The notes beneath the pieces are model-generated. The model saw nothing but the letters and a program-made list of their open reading frames with translations. It was not told where the DNA came from and did not search any database. Both the position numbers and the translations under genes were made by a program. 64,000 nt of DNA from an uncultured Candidatus Rokubacteria bacterium. Its GTDB lineage: Bacteria; Methylomirabilota; Methylomirabilia; Rokubacteriales; CSP1-6. Shown here in pieces: positions 10,361-19,797 of the stretch. The stretch is from positions 576,001-640,000 of the forward strand of contig CAVYTA010000005.1 of the NCBI GenBank assembly GCA_963771355.1, written 5' to 3'. Each line of letters begins with the position of its first letter. Position 1 is the first letter of the stretch.

Positions 10361-10386
10361 CGCGCCCGCGCCCCGAGGTGTCGCTG

Positions 10387-10395
10387 TGCTATGAT
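10387..10395 (+). promoter_or_regulatory. Extended -10 element for the GYD-AOR operon
   Basis: TGcTATGAT in the intergenic gap followed by GAGGAGG RBS. Confidence 0.5.
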
Positions 10396-10430
10396 TCGCC
10401 CGGTTCCTGGCCGCCGAGGAGGGACGTGTT

Positions 10431-10754
10431 GTGCCCCACTACGTCATGCTGAGCACGCTGAGCGAGTCCGGCCGCCGGGTCCTGCGCGAGCGGCCGGGCT
10501 GGATCCGCAAGGTGAATCGCGAGCTCGAGTCGAAGGGCGCCCGGGTGCGCGCGCAGTTCGCCCTCCTCGGCCCCTACGACTTCGTGACCATCCTCGAGGC
10601 GCCCGACAACGAGACGGTCTCCGCCCTGTCCATCGAGATGGGGGCGCGCGGCTCGGTGCAGATGATGACCATGCCGGCCATTCCGCTGGACACCTTCATC
10701 AACAGGCTGGGGGGACGGAAGACGTCCAGATCCGGCCGGAGGGCCCGCCGCTGA
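10431..10754 (+). CDS. GYD-domain protein
   Basis: MPHYVMLSTL, LGPYDFVTILEAPD, GSVQMMTMPA. Confidence 0.85.
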   Translation: MPHYVMLSTLSESGRRVLRERPGWIRKVNRELESKGARVRAQFALLGPYDFVTILEAPDNETVSALSIEMGARGSVQMMTMPAIPLDTFINRLGGRKTSRSGRRARR

Positions 10755-11224
10755 ACGTTCTCGCGCTCCACCCCGACAAGTGCACCGGCTGTCTCCGCTG
10801 CGAGCTGGCGTGCTCCTACATGCAGACCGGCACCTTCCAGCCCGCCAAGTCCGTGATCCGCGTCTCTCCCTTCGAGGGATACACCTCCTACGCGCCGTAC
10901 ACGTGCACCCAGTGCGCGGAGGGCTGGTGCATGACCGCCTGTCCGGTGGGCGCGATCCAGATCAATGCCGCCGGAGCCAAGGATGTGCTCGACGACAAGT
11001 GCGTCGGGTGCAAGCTCTGCACCATTGCGTGCCCCTACGGGACCATGTTCTTCGATTCCGATACCTACAAGGCGTACAAGTGCAACCTCTGCGGGGGCGC
11101 CCCCGCCTGCGCAGAGGCCTGCCCCACGCAGGCCATCACGTTCGAGGAGGGACCCACCCGCGACTGGCTCGGCGACTTCGCGGCCCAGCGTACGGCGCAC
11201 GTCCTGGCGCGGGAGATCGCGTGA
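10751..11224 (+). CDS. 4Fe-4S dicluster electron-transfer subunit of AOR; apparent CTG start
   Basis: CTGCLRCELAC, CTQCAEGWCMTACP, CVGCKLCTIACP, KCNLC..PACAEACP; CTGA overlap with GYD stop and GGAGGG upstream. Confidence 0.88.
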   Translation: MNVLALHPDKCTGCLRCELACSYMQTGTFQPAKSVIRVSPFEGYTSYAPYTCTQCAEGWCMTACPVGAIQINAAGAKDVLDDKCVGCKLCTIACPYGTMFFDSDTYKAYKCNLCGGAPACAEACPTQAITFEEGPTRDWLGDFAAQRTAHVLAREIA

Positions 11225-12564
11225 TGGCCCGCCACCTCATCGTCGGCGGCGGCACCGCGGGCCTCAACGCGATCCGGACTATTCGGGAAGAAGATGGCGG
11301 TGCCTCCGAGATCACGCTGGTCTCGATGGAGCGCCCCTATTCGCGGATGGTCCTGCCCTACTACCTGGGTGAGACCATCTCCGAGTCGCACGTCTTCACC
11401 GCCACCCCGGCCTCGCTCGCGGCCTGGAAGGTCAAGACCCTGATCGGGCGGAAGGCGTCGGCGCTGAACGCCAAGGCCAATACGGTCACGCTCGACGACG
11501 GGAGCGCGGTGGAGTACGACGACTGCCTGATCGCCACCGGCTCGCGGGCGGCGCGGCCCCCCATCCCGGGCGCGGACGGGCCGGGCGTGCACTCCTTCTG
11601 GACGCTGGACGAGGCGCGGAAGGTGATCGAGCAAGTCACGCGCGGTAGCCACGTCGTCATGGTGGGCGCGGGCTTCATCTCCTTCACCATCCTCAACGCC
11701 ATCCTCGCGCGCGGCGCCAAGCTGACCATCGTGGAAGTGGCCCCGCGCATCCTGCCGCGGATGGTGGACGTGGTCTGCGCGGGGATCGTGGACCAGTGGC
11801 TGCGCCGGCACGGGGTCGAGATCCGCGCGGGGGCGACCGTCACTCGGGTGGAAGAGGTGAAGGGCAAACGGAAGCTCTCCTTCAAGACGGGCGCGCCCAT
11901 CGTGGCGGACGCGGTGATCATGGCCACCGGCATCCGGACCAATCTCGAGTGGGTGAAGGACTCGGGCCTCGAGCTGGCGGAGGACGGGCAGGGAGGCATC
12001 GTGGTCGATGATCACCTCCGCGCGAGCGTCAAGAACGTCTACGCCGCGGGGGACGTGGCCCGGGGGAAGAACCTCGTCACCGGCGCCGCCGAGGTGCACG
12101 CCATCGAGCCCACCGCGCAGGAGCACGGCCGCGTGGTGGGGGCCAACATGGCCGGCCGCGACGTGGCCTATCGCGGCAGCCTGCTCATGAACATCGTGGA
12201 GGTCTGCCACCTGGACGTCGCCTCCTTCGGCCAGTGGGACGACAAGGGAGCGGAGGTCTTCACCGGCATCCGCCCCGAGCGCTCGCAGTACCGCAAGCTC
12301 CTCTTCCGCGGCGGCCGGCTCACCGGCGCCATGATCTGCGGGCGCGCGGACGACATCTGGACCACCAACGACGTGGGCATCCTCAAGGGTCTGGTCCAGA
12401 CCGGCGTGGACCTGTCCGCGTGGAAGGCGCATCTCGCGCGGGATCCCTTCGACGTCAAGCCGGCCTTCATGGCCACGCGGACGACTGCGGCGCTGCTGCC
12501 GCAGACGATCCTCGGTCGGCCTTCCCATTCACCCTCGCTTCCCCAATCGGTGGCCACACGATGA
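11224..12564 (+). CDS. FAD/NAD(P)H-dependent oxidoreductase (NirB/rubredoxin-reductase-like), probable AOR flavin subunit
   Basis: IVGGGTAG, LIATGS, VMVGAGFI, VYAAGDVA. Confidence 0.88.
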   Translation: MARHLIVGGGTAGLNAIRTIREEDGGASEITLVSMERPYSRMVLPYYLGETISESHVFTATPASLAAWKVKTLIGRKASALNAKANTVTLDDGSAVEYDDCLIATGSRAARPPIPGADGPGVHSFWTLDEARKVIEQVTRGSHVVMVGAGFISFTILNAILARGAKLTIVEVAPRILPRMVDVVCAGIVDQWLRRHGVEIRAGATVTRVEEVKGKRKLSFKTGAPIVADAVIMATGIRTNLEWVKDSGLELAEDGQGGIVVDDHLRASVKNVYAAGDVARGKNLVTGAAEVHAIEPTAQEHGRVVGANMAGRDVAYRGSLLMNIVEVCHLDVASFGQWDDKGAEVFTGIRPERSQYRKLLFRGGRLTGAMICGRADDIWTTNDVGILKGLVQTGVDLSAWKAHLARDPFDVKPAFMATRTTAALLPQTILGRPSHSPSLPQSVATR

Positions 12565-14477
12565 GCCCGATCGCAACGACGGCAACGCGCACCGCGAAGA
12601 CGACCACGCCCGCGCCGGCCCCCACCGGCGGCTACGCCGGGAAGCTGCTCCGGGTGAACCTCTCCACCGGGAAGATCTGGACCCAGCCCTGGACGCCGGA
12701 GGAGATGCGCGACCGCCTGGGCGGCATCGGTCTGGGCGCGCGCATCCTCTGGGACGAGGTGCCGGCCGGGGTCCACTGGGACCATCCCGAGAACCGCCTC
12801 GTCCTCGCCACCGGACCCCTGGCGGGGCTGCCGGTGTGGGGCACCGGCGGGCTCACCGTGGTCACGCGGGGTGCCATGACGGACGGCGCCACCTCCACCA
12901 ATGCCAACGGGTTTTTCGGCGCGTCGCTGAAGTTCTCCGGCTACGACGCCATCGTCATCCAGGGGCAGGCCAAGAAGCTGTCCTACCTCTACATCAACGA
13001 CGGGGTGGTGGAGATTCGCGACGCGGCGCACCTCAAGGGCAAGGACACCTGGGAGACGCAGGAGGCGCTGGAGAAGGAGCACGGCCTCAGCGGTCATCGC
13101 ATGAGCGTGTACGGGCCCGGCGTGGCGGGGGAGAATCTCGTCCGCTTCGCCGCCATCCACGGCGACTACGGCCACGTGGCGTCCAAGAACGGCTGCGGCG
13201 CCGTCATGGGGAAGAAGCGGCTGAAGGCGGTGTGCATCGTGCGCGGTACCGGCGGCCTCCGCGCGCATGATCCGCGCGGGCTGGTCCAGGCGGCGGATGA
13301 CATCGCCCACGATCTCAAGACCGATCCCGCCACGCAGACCCTCTACAACTGGGGCACTCTGCCCGGGGTCTCCAACCTCTACAAGCTCGGCGTGCTCCCC
13401 ATCAAGAACTACACCACCAACCTCACCACGGTGGACATGACGGAGTGGGAGCCGGCCAAGCTGCGCGCGGGATTCGACCACCGCGGGCATCAGTGCAATG
13501 CCTGCGGCATGCACCACTGCCATATCCAGGTCATCGGCAAGGGAAAGCACGCCGGCGAGCGGGTGGACGAGCCGGAGTACGAGGGCTGGTCGGGGGCGGG
13601 GTGGCAGATCGGCCTCACCGACAAGGAGGCCATCACCTGGCTCAACACGCGGCTGGACCGCGCCTGCGTGGACGTCAACGAGTTCGGCTGGGTATGCGGC
13701 TGGGTGATGGAGTGCATGGAGAAGGGCTACCTCACCGAGAAGCAGGTCGGCTTCCGCCTCAAGTGGGGCGACGCGGACGGGGCCTATCGGCTGCTCCAGA
13801 TGATCGTCAATCGCGAGGGCTTCGGCGACGTCCTCGCCGAGGGCGTCAAGCGCGCGTCGGAGAAGGTGGGCGGCGAGGCGGCCAAGTGCGCCATCTACAC
13901 CAAGAAGGGTGCCGCCCCGCGCGGGCACGACCATCGCGGCCGCTGGGACGAGATGCTCGACACCTGCACCTCGTCCAACGGGACCATGGAGAGCGCCAAC
14001 CCCACCTTTCCCACGGAGATCGGTCTGCCCGGGCGCATCACCCCCTTCGACGGCGAGCAGGTGGCGCGGCTGACCGGCGGCATCCTCGGCCGGCGCCACT
14101 TCGAGGACTCGCTGGGCGGCTGCTCCTTCACCTTCCGGACGCGGATCGAGCTCCTGGCCCGCGCGCTCTCCGCCGCGACGGGCTGGAACTACACGCTGCC
14201 GGAGGCGATGCGCTTCGGGCGGCGCACCGCGGCCATCCTGCGCGCCTTCAACCTGCGTTGCGGCATCGGGACCTCGGTGGAGTATCCCTCGGAGCGCTAC
14301 GGCTCCCAGCCGGTGGACGGCCCCGCCAAGGAGCACAACGTGATGGCCCAGTGGGAGCGGATGCTCGACGTCTGGTACGAGACGGTGGGCTATGACCGCA
14401 AGACCGGCAAGCCGAAGAAGGAAACCCTCCAGAAGCTCGGCCTCGACTGGCTCGCCAAGGAGCTGTGGAAGAAATGA
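12561..14477 (+). CDS. aor: Tungsten-dependent aldehyde:ferredoxin oxidoreductase family protein
   Basis: GGYAGKLLRVNLSTG, GAVMGKKRLKA, CNACGMHC, EPEYE, REGFGDVLAEG, GKPKKETLQKLGL. Confidence 0.92.
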   Translation: MSPIATTATRTAKTTTPAPAPTGGYAGKLLRVNLSTGKIWTQPWTPEEMRDRLGGIGLGARILWDEVPAGVHWDHPENRLVLATGPLAGLPVWGTGGLTVVTRGAMTDGATSTNANGFFGASLKFSGYDAIVIQGQAKKLSYLYINDGVVEIRDAAHLKGKDTWETQEALEKEHGLSGHRMSVYGPGVAGENLVRFAAIHGDYGHVASKNGCGAVMGKKRLKAVCIVRGTGGLRAHDPRGLVQAADDIAHDLKTDPATQTLYNWGTLPGVSNLYKLGVLPIKNYTTNLTTVDMTEWEPAKLRAGFDHRGHQCNACGMHHCHIQVIGKGKHAGERVDEPEYEGWSGAGWQIGLTDKEAITWLNTRLDRACVDVNEFGWVCGWVMECMEKGYLTEKQVGFRLKWGDADGAYRLLQMIVNREGFGDVLAEGVKRASEKVGGEAAKCAIYTKKGAAPRGHDHRGRWDEMLDTCTSSNGTMESANPTFPTEIGLPGRITPFDGEQVARLTGGILGRRHFEDSLGGCSFTFRTRIELLARALSAATGWNYTLPEAMRFGRRTAAILRAFNLRCGIGTSVEYPSERYGSQPVDGPAKEHNVMAQWERMLDVWYETVGYDRKTGKPKKETLQKLGLDWLAKELWKK

Positions 14478-14517
14478 TTGGCGAGCCGCCGCCGCAGGCG
14501 AGGCGAGCGGATACATA

Positions 14518-15675
14518 ATGGGGTCCCGAGCGGAGCGAGGGCAGTCCAAGGCGGATAAGACTCTCGACGTCACGATCGAGGTCACCACCTGGGTCACCAA
14601 GCAGGTGGGCGGCGACGGCTCCGGCACGCGATTGTTCGAGGAGCCCGTCGTCGAAGGCGACACGGTGCGCACTGTGCTCCGCCGCTTCTCGCGCCGCTTT
14701 CCGGAGCTGGACGCGGCACTCTGGAATCCGGACCGGACCGACCTCGGCGAGCCCATCGAGGTGGTGGTCAACGACGCCGTGCTCGGCGTGCACCACACCC
14801 TCGACACGCCGCTGGAAGGCGGCGAGCGCATCACCTTGCTCGGCCAGTTCATGGGCGGCGGCGACCCGCCGTTGCCCGAGTACCGTCTCCGGGCGCGGAA
14901 CACCTCCAAGGAGAGCGAGAACGCGATCCACGACGATGAGGTGGCCAAGAAGTACGGCTTCGGGGGCGGGCTCGTTCCTGGAGTCACCGTCTACGCCTAC
15001 ATGACCCATCCGCTGGTGGCCGCCTGGGGGCCGGAGTGGCTGGAGCGCGGGACGGCGACCGTCCGCTTCGTCAAGCCCGTGCTGGATGAGGACGAGACGC
15101 TGGTGGCGGGCATCGCGAGCCGGCCTGCGGGCGGCCCGCTCAGCGCGACGGTCACGGTGTCGACGGGATCGGGCGGGCTGTGCTCGACAGGGACCGCGAC
15201 CCTCCCTGCTTCGCTTCCGCCCGCCCCGGACGCGTCCCGCTATGAGACGGCGCCGTTGCCCTCGACTCGGCCCCCCGCGCTGGGGGCGTATCTGGCCGCC
15301 CAGAAGACGCTCGGCACCCCTGTGAACCGGTATGACGAGGCGGCGGCGGCCGCGTGGCTGGCCAAGGTCGCCGACGGCCTCCCGCTCTACCGCGGGCGCG
15401 AGGGCTTCATCCACCCGGCCTTTTACCTCGATCAGGCGAACAAGGCGCTGTCGCTCAACGTGAAGCTGGGCCCCTGGATCCATGCGGGCAGCGTGATCCA
15501 GCATCTGGGCGCCGCCCGGCTCGGGCAAACCCTCAGCACGCGCGGGGGCGTCCGGTCGGTCTTCGAGAAGAAGGGGAAGGAGTTCGTCGAGCTGGACCTC
15601 TTGATCCTCGCCGACGAGCGGCCCGTCGCGCACGTGCTCCACACCGCCATCTTCCGGCTGCCTCCCGCGGCCTGA
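14518..15675 (+). CDS. MoaD/ThiS-like ubiquitin-fold domain fused to a MaoC-type (double) hot-dog domain; start uncertain
   Basis: VVVNDAV...LDTPLEGGERITLLGQFMGGG followed in frame by ENAIHDDEVAKKYGFGGGLVPGVTVYAYM and GPWIHAGS. Confidence 0.78.
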   Translation: MGSRAERGQSKADKTLDVTIEVTTWVTKQVGGDGSGTRLFEEPVVEGDTVRTVLRRFSRRFPELDAALWNPDRTDLGEPIEVVVNDAVLGVHHTLDTPLEGGERITLLGQFMGGGDPPLPEYRLRARNTSKESENAIHDDEVAKKYGFGGGLVPGVTVYAYMTHPLVAAWGPEWLERGTATVRFVKPVLDEDETLVAGIASRPAGGPLSATVTVSTGSGGLCSTGTATLPASLPPAPDASRYETAPLPSTRPPALGAYLAAQKTLGTPVNRYDEAAAAAWLAKVADGLPLYRGREGFIHPAFYLDQANKALSLNVKLGPWIHAGSVIQHLGAARLGQTLSTRGGVRSVFEKKGKEFVELDLLILADERPVAHVLHTAIFRLPPAA

Positions 15676-15722
15676 CTTCCGCGTAGCCGTGGCTGCCCTC
15701 CCGGCAGGGCAGTCGTGAAGGC

Positions 15723-15809
15723 CTCGAAATCCTTGCTAAATTTGACAGATTTCGAGCTTTCCCTTGACTCGCCCTGATTGTCTCTGATAAGTTGCGCCCT
15801 TAGGGCGCA
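15723..15809 (+). promoter_or_regulatory. AT-rich sigma70-type promoter with two inverted repeats upstream of garR
   Basis: TTGACT (15764-15769), 18 bp, TG-a-TAAGTT; IRs CTCGAAATC/GATTTCGAG (15723-15756) and TGCGCCCT-T-AGGGCGCA (15793-15809). Confidence 0.6.
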
Positions 15810-15842
15810 GCCGTTCCTACCTATCCTGGTGCCCACGAGGTC

Positions 15843-16736
15843 ATGATGGCGCAAACCATTGGATTCATTGGACTAGGAATCATGGGTCGCCCCATGGCCA
15901 AGAACCTGCTCAAGGCCGGGTACGCCCTGGTCGTGCACAGTCGGAGCCAGGCTCCGGTCCAGGAGCTGGTGGGCGCGGGCGCCAAGTCGGCGTCCTCGCC
16001 ACGGGAAGTCGCCGGCCAGGTGGACGTGCTGATCACCATGTTGCCGAACTCGCCCGATGTGGAGCTGGTGGCGCTGGGCAAGGACGGCATCATCGAGGGT
16101 GCGCGCCCGGGCCTCCTCTATCTCGACATGTCCACCATCTCTCCGCTCGTCTCGCAGAAGGTCGGGAAGGCCCTGGCGGCGAAGGGCGTGCGGATGCTGG
16201 ACGCGCCGGTATCGGGCGGCGAGAAGGGCGCGATCGACGCCGCGCTGTGCATCATGGTGGGCGGCGAGAAGGCCGACTTCGAGGCCGCGCTGCCCGTGTT
16301 CCAGAGCATGGGCAAGACCATCACCCACCTGGGACCGCTCGGCGCCGGCGGCTTCACCAAGCTGGCCAACCAGATCATCGTCGCGGTGAACCTCACCGCG
16401 CTCGGCGAGGCGCTCACCCTCGCGCGCAAGGCGGGGCTCGATCGCGAGCTGACGCTCAAGGCGCTGGGCGGCGGGCTGGCCGGCTCCAAGTGCCTGGAGC
16501 AGAAGACGCCGAACTACGTGTCCGGCTCGTACAAGCCCGGCTTCAAGATCGACCTCCACTTCAAGGACCTCGGGCTCATCATGGAGTCGTCACGGGCCCT
16601 GGGGGTGCCGCTGCCCGCCACCGCGGTGGTGCAGGAGCTCTTCAACGCCATGCGCGTGAAGGGCCGGGGCGGGCTCGATCACTCGGGGGTGATCACGCTC
16701 CTCGAGGAGCTGGCGGGGTTACCGGAGAAGGCATGA
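15843..16736 (+). CDS. garR: 2-hydroxy-3-oxopropionate (tartronate semialdehyde) reductase, GarR/GlxR
   Basis: IGFIGLGIMGRPMAKNLLKAG, ITMLPNSPDV, KLANQIIVA, PGFKIDLHFKDL, LDHSG. Confidence 0.85.
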   Translation: MMAQTIGFIGLGIMGRPMAKNLLKAGYALVVHSRSQAPVQELVGAGAKSASSPREVAGQVDVLITMLPNSPDVELVALGKDGIIEGARPGLLYLDMSTISPLVSQKVGKALAAKGVRMLDAPVSGGEKGAIDAALCIMVGGEKADFEAALPVFQSMGKTITHLGPLGAGGFTKLANQIIVAVNLTALGEALTLARKAGLDRELTLKALGGGLAGSKCLEQKTPNYVSGSYKPGFKIDLHFKDLGLIMESSRALGVPLPATAVVQELFNAMRVKGRGGLDHSGVITLLEELAGLPEKA

Positions 16737-17761
16737 GGGCCACCGTCGACCGGCCGGGGCTCGACTCGCAGGGCCGCTCCCCGCTCATCAAGATCCGACG
16801 CGTCCGGAAGGGGGATCTCTCCAAGGTCCGCGACGTGATCGAGCAGTCCTTCGCCGACTTCTTCGAGCGCCAGATGGGCACGCGGCCGCGCCAGGTTTTC
16901 GGAGGCGCCCAGTACGTCCACCACCGCTGGCTCATGGAGCCCTGGGGCTGCTTCGTCGCCGAGGAAGGCGACGGCAAGATCGTGGGCGCCGCGGTGGCGG
17001 TGATGTGGGGCACGCTCGGTCTGATCGGGCCGGTGGCGGTGCTGCCCAACTACCAGAACCAGGACATCGGCCAGCAGCTCGTCGCCGCCTGCCAGGGCTT
17101 CTTCGACGAGAACAAGGCGGCGATGCACGGGCTCGTCACCTATCCGCACAGCCCGAAGCACCTGACCTTCTACGGCAAGTTCGGCTATCGCCCGCGCGGC
17201 CTGGTGGCCATCACCTTCAAGGCGCTGGACCGCCGTGAGATCGTGCAGGCCACCCGTTCCGTCCGGCCGGGACTGGCGGTGCGCCGCTACTCCTCGCTCG
17301 AGGAGGCCAAGAAGAAGGCGGCCATCGTCAAGGTGCATCGGATCACCAACGCGCTCTGGCGGGGCATGGACGTGGGCAAGGAGGTCGAGATCGTGGACGG
17401 CCTCGCCCTCGGCGACACCTTGCTCCTCGAGAAGGGGCGGGAAGTGATCGGATTCGCCATCTACCACACGCCCGGCGTGAGCGAGGCGCCGCACGGCTCG
17501 CTCTACGTGAAGTACCTCGCCATCGATCCCCGGCACCGGAAGCCCGAGCACCTGCACTTCCTCCTGGGCGCTCTGGAGGACATCGCGCACGAGGCGCAGT
17601 TCCAGCGCGTGATGGCGCCGGTGTACACCTACTACTGGAGCGCGCATCAGGTGCTCGTCGAGCGCGGCTATCACATCGACTTCACCATGGTTCGCATGAA
17701 GCGGGGCAAGCAGATCGAGGACGAAGATCCCGGCGACCTGGTGCTCGACGACTGGCGCTGA
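16733..17761 (+). CDS. GNAT-family N-acetyltransferase (tandem GNAT-like)
   Basis: ATGA overlap; CFVAEEGDGKIVG, GPVAVLPNYQNQDIGQQL, FYGKFGY. Confidence 0.8.
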   Translation: MRATVDRPGLDSQGRSPLIKIRRVRKGDLSKVRDVIEQSFADFFERQMGTRPRQVFGGAQYVHHRWLMEPWGCFVAEEGDGKIVGAAVAVMWGTLGLIGPVAVLPNYQNQDIGQQLVAACQGFFDENKAAMHGLVTYPHSPKHLTFYGKFGYRPRGLVAITFKALDRREIVQATRSVRPGLAVRRYSSLEEAKKKAAIVKVHRITNALWRGMDVGKEVEIVDGLALGDTLLLEKGREVIGFAIYHTPGVSEAPHGSLYVKYLAIDPRHRKPEHLHFLLGALEDIAHEAQFQRVMAPVYTYYWSAHQVLVERGYHIDFTMVRMKRGKQIEDEDPGDLVLDDWR

Positions 17762-17765
17762 AGTC

Positions 17766-18176
17766 GTGACGCGCTCCCGCCTCCGCGTGGGGCGGCGCCG
17801 CGGCACGGCGGCCGGCTTCGCCGCACTCCTCCTTTCAGGTCTTCTCGCCGGCTCCGCCGGCCCCGCGCACGCGCACGCCATCGTCCTCGAGGCCTCCCCC
17901 GCGCACGACGCCGTGCTCGCGGCGCCCCCCGTGCGCATCGTCCTGCGGTTCAACAGCAAGATCGAGCATGCCCTCAGCCGGGTCTCGCTCGAGACCGCCG
18001 CCGGCCGGCCGGTCGTGCTCCCGGTCGCCCGTGCCACGGAGCTGGATGCCGCCCGCCTGGTCGTGCCGCTGAGCCCGCTGGCGCCCGGCACCTATATCGT
18101 GCGGTACCGCGTGCTCGCCGCCGACGGCCACGTGACCGAGGGGGCACTGCGCTTCACCATCCGGGCGGCGCCCTGA
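17766..18176 (+). CDS. copC: Copper resistance protein CopC
   Basis: Signal peptide ending AHA-HA, LEASPA, YRVLAADGHVTEG. Confidence 0.9.
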   Translation: MTRSRLRVGRRRGTAAGFAALLLSGLLAGSAGPAHAHAIVLEASPAHDAVLAAPPVRIVLRFNSKIEHALSRVSLETAAGRPVVLPVARATELDAARLVVPLSPLAPGTYIVRYRVLAADGHVTEGALRFTIRAAP

Positions 18177-18180
18177 CGGC

Positions 18181-19792
18181 ATGACGCTCCTGGCCGGCTT
18201 CCTCGACGTTCTCCTGCGCGGGCTCGGTCTCATTGCGCTGTCGGCGGCGGTAGGCGGCGTGGCCTATGCGCTGGTAGTGCTGCGTGCGGTGTCCACGCGC
18301 CCGGCAGTCGGGCGCGAGCCGGTCGCGCGCGAGGCGCTCGGCCGCGTGGGCGGCCTGGTGGCGCTGGGCGCCCTGCTACTGGCTCTGTCCCGGGCGGTGG
18401 TGCTGTTCGTGCTGCACCCGTGGGTGCTTGCCGACGCGGACGGACACTGGCCGGTGGTGGACTTCGTCGCCACCGAGTTTGGCCGCGCCAGCCTCGTCGG
18501 TATCGCGCTGGCGCTGGCGCTCGCGGTGGTGGCGGCGCGCCTGCGCCGCCCGCCCACCGCGCGCGTGGCCTGGATGGCCGCCGCCACCATCGCGGTGCTG
18601 GTCCTCGCCAACTCGGCCTGGCTGGCGCATGCGGTGAGCCGGCTCGAGGGCCGCGGCCCGCTCATGCTCGCCACCGTCTTCCATCAAGCAGGCGCGGTGA
18701 TCTGGATGGGCGGGCTCATGCACCTCGCGCGGTCCTGGCGCTGCGCCGCTGCCGCCGGGGGCCCTGGCGCGCTTCTCCCTGCTCGGCATGGCGGGCGTGA
18801 TCCTGGTGGTGGGTCCCGGCCTCGCGCTCGCCTGGGGCTATGTCGGGACCCTCACCGCGCTCATCGGCACCGGCTATGGCGTGATGGTGCTCACCAAGGT
18901 GGCCCTCCTGGCGGTCGTGCTCCTGCTGGGCGGGCTCAACTTCCTTCTCATCCGGCGCTGGACGCGGACCGCGCAGGATCCGTCGCCGGTGCCACGGCTG
19001 CGGCCGTTCATCGAGGCCGAGGTGGGGATCGGGATCACCATCCTCCTCGCCGCCGCCTCCCTCACCTCGCTGCCGCCCGCGGTGGACGTGGTGACGGACC
19101 GCGCCACCCCCGCGGAGGTAGCCGCGCGCTTCGTGCCCAAGCTCCCGCGGCTGGTCTCGCCGCCGGTGGAGCAGCTCCTCGCGGCCGCGGCGCCCATCGA
19201 CGACACGCTCTCCACGCGGCAGCCCGAGGAGTATGCGTGGTCGGAGTACAACCACCACGCCGCGGGACTCTTCGTCTTCGCCATGGGTGTGCTCGCCCTG
19301 CTCGAGCGGACCAGTCGCGCGCGCTGGGCTCGGCACTGGCCGCTGCTCCTGCTCGGGCTGGCCGCCTTCCTGTTCGTCCGGAACGACCCGCGGGCGTGGC
19401 CGCTGGGCCCGGCGGGCTTCTGGGAGAGCATGGTGCTGCCCGACGTCCTCCAGCACCGGCTGGTAGTGCTGATCGTGGTGGCATTCGGCCTCTTCGAGTG
19501 GCTGGTGCGCATCGGCATGCTCGTGCGGCCGCGGTGGCGGCTCGTCTTTCCCGTTCTGTGCGCGGTGGGCGGCGCCATGCTGCTCACGCACTCGCACGCC
19601 ATGTTCAACCTCAAGAACGAGTTCCTGGCCGAGGTCTCGCACGCGCCGATGGGCGTGCTGGCGGTGCTCATGGGCTGGGGCCGGTGGCTCGAGCTGCGCC
19701 TGCCGGCAGAGGACCGCGCGCTGCCGGGCTGGGTCTGGTCCAGCGCCTTCTGTCTCATCGGCGCCATCCTCCTCGTGTATCGGGAGACCTGA
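18181..19792 (+). pseudogene. copD: CopD-family copper membrane protein with a frameshift near 18730-18750
   Basis: N-half SAWLAHA..HQAGAVIWMGGL; C-half in another frame ALARFSLLG..GTGYGVMVLTK..WSEYNHH..QHRL; follows copC. Confidence 0.8.
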
Positions 19793-19797
19793 GCGCG

